Shown: positions 34,601-48,700 of the stretch, one piece after another
Layout: the number at the start of each line of letters is the position of its first letter
Position numbering within the stretch: position 1 is the stretch's first letter
Assembly (NCBI GenBank): GCA_964016885.1
Contig: OZ024740.1
Coordinates: 238,948,001 to 239,012,000 of the forward strand
Length of the DNA stretch: 64,000 nucleotides
Origin: Eledone cirrhosa
Lineage: Eukaryota
Direction of reading: 5' to 3'
The notes under the pieces: generated by a model
The model's input: the letters and a program-made list of their open reading frames with translations, nothing else
What the model was told of the DNA's origin: nothing
Database searches by the model: none
Program-made: the position numbers and the translations under genes

Positions 34601-37600
34601 ACTCAGAAGAGAACATATACCTTATCTGTATCTCATCTAAGCTAAGTTTTAATTAATTTTTTATTTTATTTCTAGGTGATTCTTCCATTGCATAAACATC
34701 TTGACTCTGAAAAGGTTCTAGACTTGTTGATCAGCTGTGATGACACTGCTTTTTCTAAGAAGAATGATCTGGGTATAACACATTTGGGGTAAGTTAATTA
34801 TTTGGGTTTTGTTTTGAAGAATTTCTGATAACAAATTACTAGTCATGGGTAGTGAATTGGCAGACTTATTACAGCATTGAACCTGATGCTTTGCTGTTCC
34901 AGCTCTGTGTATTTTGAGTTCAAATTCTGCCTCTTCACACTGGAAAAATGGTGATATGATAAGACTGGGTCTCTATCATTAAAACATGCAAGACCGCTAC
35001 TGTAAGATACCACTTCTTGGGTAACTATCTAAACCTACGAGGTTGAGCTGTAACAACAACATTACCTAACTATTCTATTTTCTAACATCAATAGTCATTG
35101 TTTGTAAATTTCAGCTATATTTTTATTTCCCTATTTGGTTTTCATTCTGTCAGAGTTCCACGACTGAAGCAGAGAGTATCATTTTACATCCCTGAATATG
35201 GTAACCAATATGCTTTACTTGATGCTGTTAAAATAGCTGACTCAGTGCTTGGTGTTCTATCCCCAACTGAAGGAATTGATGAATATGGCAGTTATTGTTT
35301 ATCTCTTTTGTTTGGGCAAGGATTACCTGCAATTACCTTTATTGTTCAGGTCAGTCATCTATTTTGATACTTTTTTTTTACTGTAGAAAATGTTGATGTT
35401 GTTTTTAGCATGGAAGATTACATCATAATATGCATTATGGTAGTGGTAAGCTTTGTTTGGAGATATTGTTCAAGTATAAAGATGAGTTATCTGCAGTAAA
35501 TTCAGTGGGTGGCAGTGGTGTATAGACATATATGAAGGTGTAATAAATAAAGTTGGCAGCAAATGTTAAAGTATATTTAGTTAAATGGACTTAGTAGATG
35601 GCAGTGTTTAACAGCAATGCTGTTCATTGTGGTAAAGTGGTTGTCTACAATATGTCACAGGAGAGCAATAAAAACTGTGTAGTCTTATGGAATTAGGGCT
35701 GGTTTATGTCTGTAATAAAGTTCAGCATATTCTCTTTTATGAAGGTTCGCTGACTGAAATATTGAACTTGCTTCAGACGAATATGTTTCAATTTAAGGAC
35801 TCTCTCGTCTCCCAACTCCTGTCACTGCCTCTCTGGTCAGCTGATGACAATTGACTTAGTGACATGATAAAATGTACCCAGTCCACCTGTAAAATGATAG
35901 GTACATTGCCTCGATAAAATGCACGCAGTTTATGCTGTAAAATGGTTGGCATTAGGAAGGACATCCAGCCACAGAAATCATGCCAAAATGAAACTTATGA
36001 CTAAGACATGGTCATCTGATCTATGAGATATTTCATTTTAAGAACTTTATTATACCACAATACAGTCTTATAAGAATCGATACAAATGATATGGGTTTTG
36101 TATGATAAACTTTGAAATATAATTTAACAATGGCAGCCTCAGTATCATTATTGTTCAGACTGTGTTGTATTATTCTGATGCTGTTGTTATGATGTACATG
36201 GATTGGCTGAAGAGTTTGTAGGCTGACCAAGATACTCTCATGGAGTGACCAAATGAGGTTTATTTTTCAACATAGTCTCTGGAAAGAAACAGTGCAGTTA
36301 TTAATAAGAAAAGTTGAAATTAATGCATGCAAGATTTCTCAGATCCAGTATCACTCCTTCATAGTCAGCCTATGAACTTTCAGCCAGCCCACGTAAACTC
36401 TCCTATGGACTATGACTGCTGGTTAACAATGTCGCTATGGTATTAATAATCATTTCCTGGAAAATTAAAACAAAATGTATTTTTTATGGATTTAATTTTT
36501 AATTATTTAGTCTGATCAAAGGTATTACTGAATTATTTCTCATGTTCTAACTAAAAAAAAAAAAAAAGAGAAGTTATTATTTCATGTTCAGTTGAATAGG
36601 TAAGGAGTTAAAATCTAATGTGAAAGAAAAAGAAAATATATCTTATTTGTGTATAGTTGAAATAAAAAAAGAGTGACTTAAATTTGCTGATGTATTAACA
36701 GTGTTCACTACTAATGGTGTGATATAATGCAAAATAAACCCATAGATTTGAGCTGGTTCAAATTACTGGTTTATTCTGTAGTATATAATAGTAAATTGAA
36801 TGCCTGAGTTGAAATCTTAAGTGACTACTAGATTAGGGCTTAAACTACCTTTAGTTTAGAAATTTAGAAATAAAGGGTTCTAATTTGAATCTAGTCAATT
36901 ACTCTCTCTCTTTCTATTATGCATATATATGCACACAAGAATAAGACACTTAATGGCATTTGAGATCAATTTGTAATGTGGATAAAAATATTGTAAACAT
37001 ACACTATAAAGATGATCATCTAGAAAATGATCATCTTAATCTAATGAACGATGTTTGAAGAATCTGTATAATTCTGGTTAACATCCTGTAATGATTTAGC
37101 AGAAAATATTAAAAATGGGTTTATTAATTGAAATGTTTATAGCATCTTTACTAGACAACTGACTTGTGAAAATTTACAGTAGACTATAATTGTTTCTACT
37201 TTTGGCACAAGGCCAGCAATTATCCAGTGCATTACTGGTACTTTATTTTATCGACCCCGGAAGGATGAAAGGCAAAGTTAACCTCGGCGGGATTTGAACT
37301 CAGATCATACAGGGAGGTAACTCTATGCTTCAAAGCATGGCGTCCGACCCTCTACCGATACTGCCAATCCACCGCCTACAGTAGACTATAATGAGACAGT
37401 CTTAGTGCTGCCTTATACTTTTCAAGAATGACTGGCTTATGTATTTTCATGTGGTACAGAGCATTAAGAGGTTAACAATAGACATTATGTAATGTTCTTA
37501 ATATTTTTATTGATTGTATTAGAATTTCCGCAGTATTCCTCAGAAGAAACAAAGTGATACCAGAAAATATATTCAAAAATGCATTGATAAATGGTAAGAA

Positions 37601-39701
37601 TTTTGTATAACTTTGCATCTGAATACTGAATCAATTTAATATGGCTTTTACTATTTCAGTTGCTAAAGGAAAGTTTAGACATTTTATCAAAGATTGTTGA
37701 TTGTAAAGATGTCATAGTTTGGTAGGAATTACTGACATTTGTACAAATGGAATGATCTCTTGGTTTTGATAAGGAGGGTTTGGTTTGATCAATGGAACTA
37801 CCTGCTTGTGAAATTAATGTGCAAGTGGCTGAGCATTCCACAGACACATGCACTTGCAACGTAGTTCTTATTGAGATTCTGCATGATACAATGGATGACG
37901 AGGCTAGCCATTTGAATTACAAGTGCAGTCTGTCTGATAGACTTCCACACAGTTAGTTTCTGCCTATTCAATTTCATTCACAAGACTTGGGTTGACTTGA
38001 GGCTATATTAAACGACACCTGTTTAATATGTCATGCAATGGGATTGAACCTAGGACCCCGTGATTGCAAAGAAAATTCTTAACCATTTAGCCATGCTGCA
38101 TCCACCAGGTTCGTAGACTTGTTAGATGTAACTACTTGGAGTTTGTCTTACAAAGAAGTAAATTAGATTGTTTTATGCTTTCATTATTATCAGTTTTTAC
38201 ACCTGCTTTTCCTCACTGGCATGGGTTGGATGGGTCCTTTTCAGCACAGCATCTCTGCAGATGTCGTGATTGTTCGTCATCTCTACTGAGTTTCAGTAAT
38301 TTGTGATCAGTTCTCAACACCTCTGCCCACCCTTTGCCTTCCACTGCGATATTTCTTCACCATCCATGTGTATCACATGTCCATACCAATGCAGTTTTCT
38401 CTGTTGCACACTACTTCTGATTCCTCTTAAACCCAGTTTTTCTCTCAGTTCATCAAACCTCTGTTGTCCTCTTACATTAACATTGCACATCTATTGAAGG
38501 ATGCTTGCTTAATTTCTCTTCAACCTGTGTATATCCTCTGCAGTTACTGCTCATGTTTAAGAACCATGCAGCATAGCACTTCACATAGAGCTGGCTTTTC
38601 ATTCGGAAGGAGAAAGCTTTTGGTGTTAGCAGGTAGCAGTTCCCTAAACTTCTTCCTCCCTATCCTTATTCTAGTTACTATGCTCTTGGAGCACCCTCTT
38701 CCACTGATAAGTAAATCACCTAGATAGCAAAAGCTATCAACCACTTCTATGGATATTTCATGGAAAAGATTTATATCATTGTTGCTGCCACTATCAATTA
38801 ACCTTTAAAACTGGTTATCCATATCTTATAGGGATATAATTATCATAGTTGATACAATGTTACAAATAGGCACCATAGTCTGCCATAGAGGTTGTTGCTG
38901 CTCTCTGTACTTCATTCCTTATTGAAATTGATTAATTACATGTACTACCAAATTTAAGTCCTCATGGATCATTAAAAAAGTAATGACAAACTACTACTTG
39001 TTTCTTTACATTTCTCATTTTCCTTTTACACTTGATGTAAATACATCAATGTTTTTATAATTTGTCCCTGTAATGTCTCCCATTCATTACTTTTGTCAGA
39101 CAAATGATATTTAAACAGGATCTTTACATTCTGAGTATGGAAAGCAGGGTAAAATGATGATTGACACTCCTTCCTAACCTATCAGGGAATATTAATTATA
39201 AAAACGATTATGTCTAAATTAAATGCATTTAACTGAGAGTGACTTAAGTACTAAAGTTTGGTTGGAGAAAACTTATTATTAACTGAGAATTTCATTGTCT
39301 TCTAGGCTTCCTGATGGCAAGTACCATTCCTTAGATAATAATCAGGATGGCTTAGTTATCCTACGACAAATTGTTAATCACAAGCTACGCTCAATAAAAT
39401 ACAGAGAAAACCGTCCACATCTCTTAGCTGAAAATGTTGTCTACGAATTGGATTCTGAATTGGTGAGTGTTCTATGTACATATTTGTTATATACAACTTT
39501 ATTAGATATATTTGTAGACACACACATATATACAGATACACACATGCACAAACACACACATATATACAGATACACACATGCACACACACATATATACAAA
39601 ACAACAAAGAGGGTGTGGTAAGATATCAGGTGGACCATAACGCAACAGAGTATTCAATATCTAGGGTAGTAGAGCTCAGCTGTCATGGTCCTGACTCTTT
39701 C

Positions 39702-39739
<38 letters not shown>

Positions 39740-42700
39740 AAGTTAAATAAAAGTCAAATGATTAAAATTTAGCTTCGTTTATTACTGCTATATATATTTC
39801 AGTGACAGCCATCTTTGGCTGACCTCTTCAGGCAGTTTGAATTAGTAATTCAAACTGCCTGCCTGAAGAGGTCACAGCCAAAGATGGCTGTCACTGAAAT
39901 ATATATAGTAGTAATAAACGAAGCTAAATTTTAATCATTTGACTTTTATTTAACTTTATTTTACACTACTCCGGAGTAACCAAACCAACCTGCGCACTTC
40001 GTCGAGTGCTCCAGCCTGCATACTGAGGTGTTGGTATACAACCAACATAAACTCAAAATCTATATATATATATATATATATAGATATAGACAGAATAAGA
40101 AAATGCGAAGTAGTTTCAGATGTTAAAGTCCTTTAATGATAATGCTGTGATACATATTTCAATGACGACAGTGGCCACACGATTCCGTGTGCCCAGTGCC
40201 GTGACATCATCAGACAGCTTCTTACATAATAAGGTTATGTTGCCGAGGCAATCCAAATTGAATTGACAAGGGAACGGACAAAGCGGGTGTTCTTGAATCC
40301 TTCGCCCATTCCCTTGTGAGTCCCAATTGACCCCCCCCCCCCCCCAGTGGTTTCTGCAGGCGCAAGTCCGAAGGTAGTTGACCATCCACTACCCCAAAAC
40401 TATGAAACTTGCCTAGGCAGGTCCCCCCACACTTCAACCAAACAATCACCCCCATCTAAGTCTGTAATATGACATGGTTATAGTTTACTGCTAGTCGCCC
40501 TGCCAGTGGTCGTTGACCGAAACCTAGTGGTGGTGGCAGAGTATGAGTTTCAATAGGCTTCGATACTACCCCTAAATTATGCTTGGACAGTAGAATTGAC
40601 CATCACCCACTAAGAGAATATAAACTTCTAGATATTATGGTTTCACAGTGGAAATTATGATAGAAAATTAGAAATTAAAAATTACAAGTTAAAATCTTGA
40701 TTAAAGTAAATATAAATATATATAATTGTTTCTACTTTAGGCACAAGGCCAGCAATTACCCAGTGCATTACTGGTACTTTATTTTATCGACCCCGTAAGG
40801 ATGAAAGGCAAAGTCAACCTCGGCGGGATTTGAACTCAGATCGTAAAGGGACGTAACTATGCTGGAAAGCATGGTGTCTGACTCTCTACTGATACTGCCA
40901 ATCCAGGGGTTTTGAAAAGGGGATCAATATTACAGATATATTATCCATATATTGAACGATAGTACCGTACAGTAGAATGGAAAATTATAGTAATAAATTT
41001 TGAAAAAGGGAATCAATATTGGATATTACAGATATATTATCCATATATTGTACAATAGTACCGTAGAGTAGAACGGAGGGTAAATTACAGCATGAAGTGT
41101 AGTAATTAGGCAAACAATTAGTTAATATCTTCTTCTATCACAAGAATCAAAACAAAAAGTACATAGATACAAACTGAGATAGGAGACATATGAGGAAGAT
41201 AAGCATGTATAGTGGTATGGAAATGAGGGTAGAAGTGGTGAAAGTGTTTGTCAATTTTGTCCATGTAAAGTGCATATAAAAATTTGTAATCGGATGAAGT
41301 GAGAGGGCTTCCGTTCAAGGCCTCTGTGCAAAATGCAAGTTGCTGCAGGAAAATAAGGGGTTTTATGTTGCTTTCAGGTCCGCTTATTTACCCGGTCAAA
41401 AGTTAGTTTATAATTTTATGTCCGTCCAGTTGTAGGGATATCCAGTATGTGTAATCAGTCCCCACGGTAGAGGGAATTTCCGGGTGTAGCTGATGGCTGG
41501 TTCCTCCACTTCTTCACTATATCGGTTACACCATACACCACTCAACATTTAGGAGCTAAATTCTTACAGTAAACATTGATGCAATTCAATTCAGATACTG
41601 TTTAAAGATTAGGTCACAAATTTGATCTGCAGATATGGTCAATATTGGGGCTGGAAACCTGAGGTAGCACTTTTGTTCCGTGTATGAACATAAATAAATA
41701 ATATAATATATCACCTCTCATCCTTGATTGAGCACTCTTTTTCTTTTCCACACCTACGGATATTTACTACATATATCATCATTATCATCATCGTTTAATA
41801 TCTATTTTCCACTCTAGCATGGCTTAGATGGGTTGTCCCATTTGAGTCAGGTTGGGTCGGGTGACCGTGGCTTGCTCATATAGGACTGTTTCTGATTAGA
41901 TTTTTATGGCTGGATGCCCTTCCTAATGCCAAACACATTTACAGTGTGGGCTGGGTGCTTTTTGTTGTGACACCTACACGACCACTTTACAGTGTGGGCT
42001 GGATATATATTTTTCTGTTTGTGTGTGTGCATATGTATATATATATGTATCACACACTTATGCATGCTTGGACACAATTATTGTGTGCACTTTTATTGCA
42101 TGCATCATTAATCTAAACACATCTGTTATGTACATCACTCACTATATGCACCCTTAATATATACTTTATTATGATATACACTTTATGCCCCTTTATTACA
42201 GGAGCCTATATATAGCCTCTCAACCTGCCAGAAATAGCAGCCAAATCTCTTAGTTATCAATAGTCATGACTGGAATGCTTTTGATCAGGGTCTGGTCAAT
42301 TAATGCTGACCTGGTGCTAAACAACAACCACTCCTTTATATTATATATGAGGGAACCGCTATATGAGTGCTCAACTTGCGAAAAACATCAACCAAATCTC
42401 CCTGAAAACATACTTTACTTAAAAAAGGAAAGACATAAGAGATAATGTATTACTTAGTATATAAGGTCTGAATAAAAGAGTTGGATCACAATGTGAGACA
42501 CCTTGAGTCAGGGTCTTTCAGGTCAACCAATGCATTATGAGTAAATTTGGAAGACAGAAACTGTGAAGAAGCCTGTCTGTATGTGTGTGTATTTGTTGCA
42601 TACATTTGCATATCAACACTTCAAAGCATATGTGGACATTATTTTATGTCCCACAGATAACTAGTTCAATGATGATGATGAGTGGTACATGCCGTACTTA

Positions 42701-45700
42701 ATAGAGAAGTGTCTGTTGGAATCCGGAAGGTGATCTGGTATTGAGAAACAGTCTCAAAGAAGTTCTACTCCAATCCATGTCAGTATGGAACAGTGGATGT
42801 AAAAGACATGGTGATGATGATGATGACGATATTCTTGTAATAGAGAAACCTTTAATGTTGTAAATTACTAAAATATGTGTTTTTTTGCTGTAATAATATT
42901 TTATATTTTATCTTTAGGAAGATGTTGGAACATTGAAACTGACTGGATTTTTAAGGGGCCACACTCTTAATGTGAACGGTTTAGTGCATCTTCCTGGCTG
43001 GGGTGACTTCCAAATGTTGCAGATTGATTCTCCATCTGATCCCTATCCCCTCTATCCTAAAGTTGTCAAGGTCAGCAAAGAGGTTTGTGTAATTTAGTTG
43101 TTTCTATCTCACTGACATTAGCCTGTCTTCTCTTGCTGTGTAGTATACTAAGATTCACTTTTGTATTAATCTTTTAGCATTTACATTACTCTATATATGC
43201 TATTGTATTTTCATGGTAAAAGCTTTACGTCACATAATTATCTCACATAATATCGAATCTATGAGATTTTGATAGTATTTATTTTGAGAACAATACCTTA
43301 ACATCAGTATGAGCGATTGGCTACAGCCGGTTTGAACAGAAAGAGGTGAGAGAATTCTGGCTGGATTCGGGTGGTATAAATGCTAAAGATTTAAAGTTAA
43401 ATTTTGTACATAGGTTACTTTTGTTGTTGTCTATTTTGTGTGTAGAGTGTTTGGTTTGGTTTGGTCATTTGTCATTGTATATATGTGGTTAGATAACCAT
43501 AACAACACCTATTTTTATACAAATATTCAAATAAGTTTATTGTTCTGTGTATTTAAGTTGTTATTTTCTGAACCATATGTTATAAACCTCTGTTAAGTAA
43601 ACCCTTTTATTATTGTATTTGTAATGAAATGCACTATCTATGTTTTTCAGTTCATTTGTAAATAATCAACAATTTGAAAAAATTTAATAAAATAGCTAAC
43701 CATATTATTAAGCTGGCATTTAGTAGATAGTTGAACAAAGATAGTCTACTTTAATTTTATTTTTCATTTAAAACATGAGGTCTGTCATAATTTTTGTCTA
43801 AACATTACATTTTATCTGTTGGTCCCTATACATTTGTGTTCTTCACTTTTAGGGATCAGAATCAATGGAAAGTAATATAGAAATTGATGCTCGAGTATTG
43901 GACAAAGCAAAGGAAGACAAGCTGACAAGTCTTGTAAGTGAAGTGGTTCCTGATCCAATGGAAGGAGAACAGACTTGGCCAACAGAAGAGGAGATGGCTG
44001 TGGCAGAAGGTAGAGTTTTCATAATTAATTGCACTACATATATGTTTATGTATTTACCTAATTTGCTTCCTTACCACCACCACAACCCTGTACTATGTTT
44101 TTCTAAATTCAACACAAAACATTAAATACAAACATTGTAGCTTTGCTCAGGAGAGAAACCATATTTGTCTTATTGGTATTACATGCTTTCAATACATAGC
44201 TGAGTATAGCACTATGACCTTGGATATATTGTGTATTTTGCTTAATGTATTGAGAGTTCTCTCCGTAATGTGTGTGTAGTGTCTATTTTCTCTGTCTCAG
44301 GTATGTGTGTAAGTTCTGGTTATTAAAGTTTATGAGGTTGCAAGGGAGAAAACAGCCACAGTGATTAAAGGATTAATGGTGTTTAGTGACTGTGCCAATG
44401 ACAACATAAATTATTTATAAAAAGGCATATCTGTGGCATTTTATTATGGACCATTGTAACTGTTTGGTGACAGCCTTACCACCAGTGTTAGTGGCCATGA
44501 ATGATATATGCTTAAACGATTGTTTAGTACCTTGTTCACACACTCCCTTCTCTTTATATTTTTGTCAAAGTCTTTATTCTTTCAAATGGATTATCCTTAT
44601 GGGGTCGATAAAATAAAGTACCAGTAATGCACTGAGATAATTGCTGGCCTTGTGCCAAAGGTAGAAACAATTATTATTATTATTGTAGAGTTACGGTCCT
44701 TAACGTTCTGAGTTAAAATCCCGCTGGGGTTAGCTTAGCCTTTCATCCTTATGGGGTCGATTAAATAAAGTACCAGTCATGCACTGAGGTCGATTTAATC
44801 AACTTTCCCCTCCCCAAAATTGCTGGCCTTGTGCCTATAGTAGAAATCATTATTGATATTAGCTGGCAGAATCATTAAAGCATTCTTTGTTCCAGCTCTT
44901 TATGAGTTCAAATCCCACTGAGGTTAACTTTGCCTTTCTTCCTTACAGGATAGATAAAATACATTATCAGTAAAATACTGGGGTTCATTTAATTGACAAA
45001 CTCCCTTCCTCTCTCTAAATATATGGAATTGTGTCTATGTTAGAAATTATTAAAATTATTAACGTGGATGGTAGAATTGATAGTATCTTGTGGTATTTAG
45101 TTATATATATTAAATTCCGACCTCACACACTTACACCTCTCCAAGACAATGTCATTGGACCGAGATCTTTGGTGGTACTCAGTAATAGAGAAGACCCGCC
45201 TTGCCTAAATACAAAATAAACCTACTACAGTCAGTAGGCATCCCTAACAAAATACGCCCCCGTCACACCACCCCCACCCCATCCACACCGCCCCTTTCAA
45301 TGTAAAGTTACGTTGGTGCCACAACATCCAGGCCGAAACAAATGAGATCGTGTAGGTGTCACGACAAAAAAAAACACACAGTCCACGCTGTAATGTGGCT
45401 GTGTAGGCAACACGGTAAAAACCTCCCAGTCCCACACTGTAAATGTGGTTGGTGTTAGGAAGGGCATCCAGCTGTAGAAAACCCGCCAGACAGTCCTATG
45501 CGAGCAAGACAACCACTCTTGCCTCAAGTGGGAAAACTCCCGTCCAAACCCATGCAAGCATGGAACATGGACGTTAAACGATGATGATGATCCCTTTATG
45601 TTTTGATTAACTTTCTACATGGTCACTTTTGCTTTTCAACCTTTTAGGGTTAATAAAGTAAATATTAGTTAACCCTTTAGCATTTAAACTGGCCATATCT

Positions 45701-48700
45701 GGCTAGAATTCTCTCAGCTCTTTCTGTTCAAACCAGCTGTAACCAGCCACACATACTGACGTTAAGGTATTGTTCTCAAAATATATTATATCAAAATCTC
45801 ATAGAGTCCATATTATGTGAGATAATTATGTGAGGTAAAGCCTCTACCATGAAAATACAATAGTATATATAGAGTAATGTAAATGCTAAAGGTTTAAGTG
45901 TAGGTTCAATTGAATTGATTATTTCTTCTCCCAAAAGTTTGATGGCTTGTACATGTTGTAAATCATTGTTATTATTGATACCTCACTATTTCGAGATTAC
46001 TTTTGTTTTTTATCCCTCTTATTGCAATAAAGTTAATACGAGTAACATGCTGGGACCAATTTATGTGACTTCTGTTCGTCTCAGAACAAATTATTCATTA
46101 TTTTACCTTTTCTTTCTAGCTAAAAGTAAGACGATAAGGAGAGTTCCAAAAGGCACATCTGTGTATCAGTCTGCTTGGATTCTTGAAAGTGATGATGAAG
46201 AGAACAAGGAAGGTAAAAGTGAGGACGAAGAAGATGATGATGACGATGACGATGATGAGGAAGAATACATGGAAGCTGTAATTATGTTTTCATTTGTCTT
46301 GAAATTAAATTCATAGCAGCCAGTGGTTATCTGTAGATATAAAACTGTATTCATGTTATCAATTTGTGACCTGAGGACCAAAAGTTCAAACCCTTGCATA
46401 CAGTATTATATCCTTAGGCTAGGCTCATAACTTTACTTGCACTAATCTCATTGGGTTAAAGATATAGATGGAATGCATCTAGTAAACTCTGTAAGGTAGG
46501 TGGTGGTGCTGGTGCCATGATAAAACACTTAGTCAACTCTGTGAGGTTGTAGTGTTGGTGCCACGACAAAAAATACTCAGTCCACTCTGTAAGGTGGTAG
46601 TGTTTGTGCCACGGTAAAAAGCACCCAGTCCAACCTGTAAGGTGGTTGTACTGGTGTCATGGTAGAATGCTCCTGGTACATGCTGTAAAGTGGTAGACAT
46701 TAGGAAGGGCATCCAGCTCTAGAAACCAAGTCAAAATAGGTTGATGTGGTCCCCTGACTGGTCTAGCCTCAGTATATGACAACCCATCTAATGCATGCAA
46801 ACATGGAAAATAGACATTAAATGGTGATGAGGATACTGCCCCTATTCTAGTTGAGGATTAATATAAGGAATTATATAGTTTCTAAATATTTTCCTTATAA
46901 TTACATGCATTGAAATTTTGCAAAACCATTCCACCCATGATAATGAATATTTTGAGAGCAGAGATTGAATCCTTTATTGTTGAGGACATGTTTTAGATGT
47001 CAGTGGTTTTATTAGGACTAACAATTAAAAGATTTCACTTGTTGAAGGGCTTATTCCAATATCAGACACTCCCCACAGCTTATAAGTATAACCCACCAAT
47101 TAACACTCAGCAGAATGAAATAAATTATCAGTAACATAACTATTCAAGTTTGGGGGATTTCTGACTGCTATTTTTAGTAGTTTGAATGACTAGGTAGATA
47201 CTCCATTATTGGTCCATAGTCTGGGATTAATATTATATGCTAGCTACCTTTAATTTGTTAGTGATGTCAAAGATGTTTCATTGTTTTGTAGATGGAAGAA
47301 CTGGAGAGTAGTTCAGAGGATGAGTTTGTCTCAGATGATGGAGAAGAAAACTATGAAGATGTAAGAACATTATTACTTTTTTTCTTGTTTTTCCTGCCCT
47401 TTTCTAGTGGACAATGATGATAATTGTGGTATCACTAGTAATAGTAATAGTGGTATCAGTGGTAGTAATATTAGTAATGGCGGAATGTTTTATGTAACAT
47501 GATGAGTCAATTTGGTTGAAAGAGATTTGTTGTGAAGCTCCTGGTCAGCTGTGTAAATCAGATCTGTAGCATGTGAGTAATAGGCTGAATGACTAGATGT
47601 AATTCATGGATTCTTTGTTCCAGATAGGATTGTGCATGCACACCCTGATGGTTAATCGTATGGCATTGTCAGTGAGATTCCATATTTGATTTCTATTGTA
47701 CAAAAAATAAAAGGTAATTGCCGTAAATAAACAGAATAATTAAAATAAGACTAGTCCTAAATAGAACTACTGTGACAATAATATCCGCTTAAGCACCCCA
47801 ATCTGGACTACCTGGCGTTATAAAAGACAGATTCTATGAGTCGCTAATGCTCACTACCTCCCAAATAACCGACAGTGACTACATAATTATTGCTGGTGAC
47901 CTAAATGGTCATGTTGGACAACATTGTGACGGCTATGACGGAATCCATGGAGTCTATAGGTTTGGTACTAGAAATGAGGTGAGGAAGATTCAGAATCCTG
48001 GAATTCTGTGACGCTAATAACCTAACTATCTGTAACACAAACTTAAAAAAAACAAGACAATCACTTGACGTGACAAAGTGTCTGTTGTAAACACTAAATC
48101 CCTCCCCCGTGAAGAATGCACCTCCCAACATAGCCTCATAGTCAGGACTAGACATACTTGACAACAGAGGAGGACTACCCTGAGGAGAAGAATATGGAAG
48201 TTAAAGGACCCCACAGCCAGTAACAAATTTAAAAGCATATTACTTGATGCTTTTGACAGTAAGGAAGAGCAATTAGAGATGTACAATATAGAGGAACTAG
48301 GAATTCCTGAAAGTTAACCTGCTGAAGGTGACAGATGAAATCTGTGGCTGGAGCAGACCTATAAGCAGGAGGAGAGTAACTTGGTGGTGGAACAGTAAGG
48401 TGGAGGAGACAATCAAGGCCAAAAAGCAGGCTTGGAAAGTATGGCGGGATGGGGGAAGTAGAGAACACTATCAAGTGGCCAGGAGAGAAGCTAGGAGACA
48501 AGTGTACTTCGCAAGAAGGGAAGCAGAGGAAGGAAAGTTCAAGCATGTTCTACAACGCGAGGACCAAAAACGTGAGGTGTTCAGGATTGCAAGACAATGT
48601 GTCAAGGAAAACTGATATTGTCGGGGAGAAGTGTATCGTAATGATGATGGTGTACTTGCCATCACTGATACTGATAAGAAGGTAGTGTCACTACAAGAGA

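Larger units (their letters stand above)
39733..39963. repeat. Near-perfect ~230-bp palindrome (inverted PLE pLTR fragment) flanked by (TA)n
   Basis: Arms 39733-39844 and 39846-39963 are reverse complements around a single G. Confidence 0.92.

Noticed and set aside
40905-41078. Two imperfect ~75-bp direct repeats
   Set aside because: Local duplication in an unclassified intronic repeat; no further structure seen.
47499-47590. C/D-box snoRNA candidate (ATGATGA...CTGA) in TSR1 intron 11; human TSR1 hosts SNORD91
   Set aside because: Weak terminal stem, no rRNA guide recognised, and TGATGA is common here because of (GAT)n SINE tails; needs a snoscan or Rfam search.
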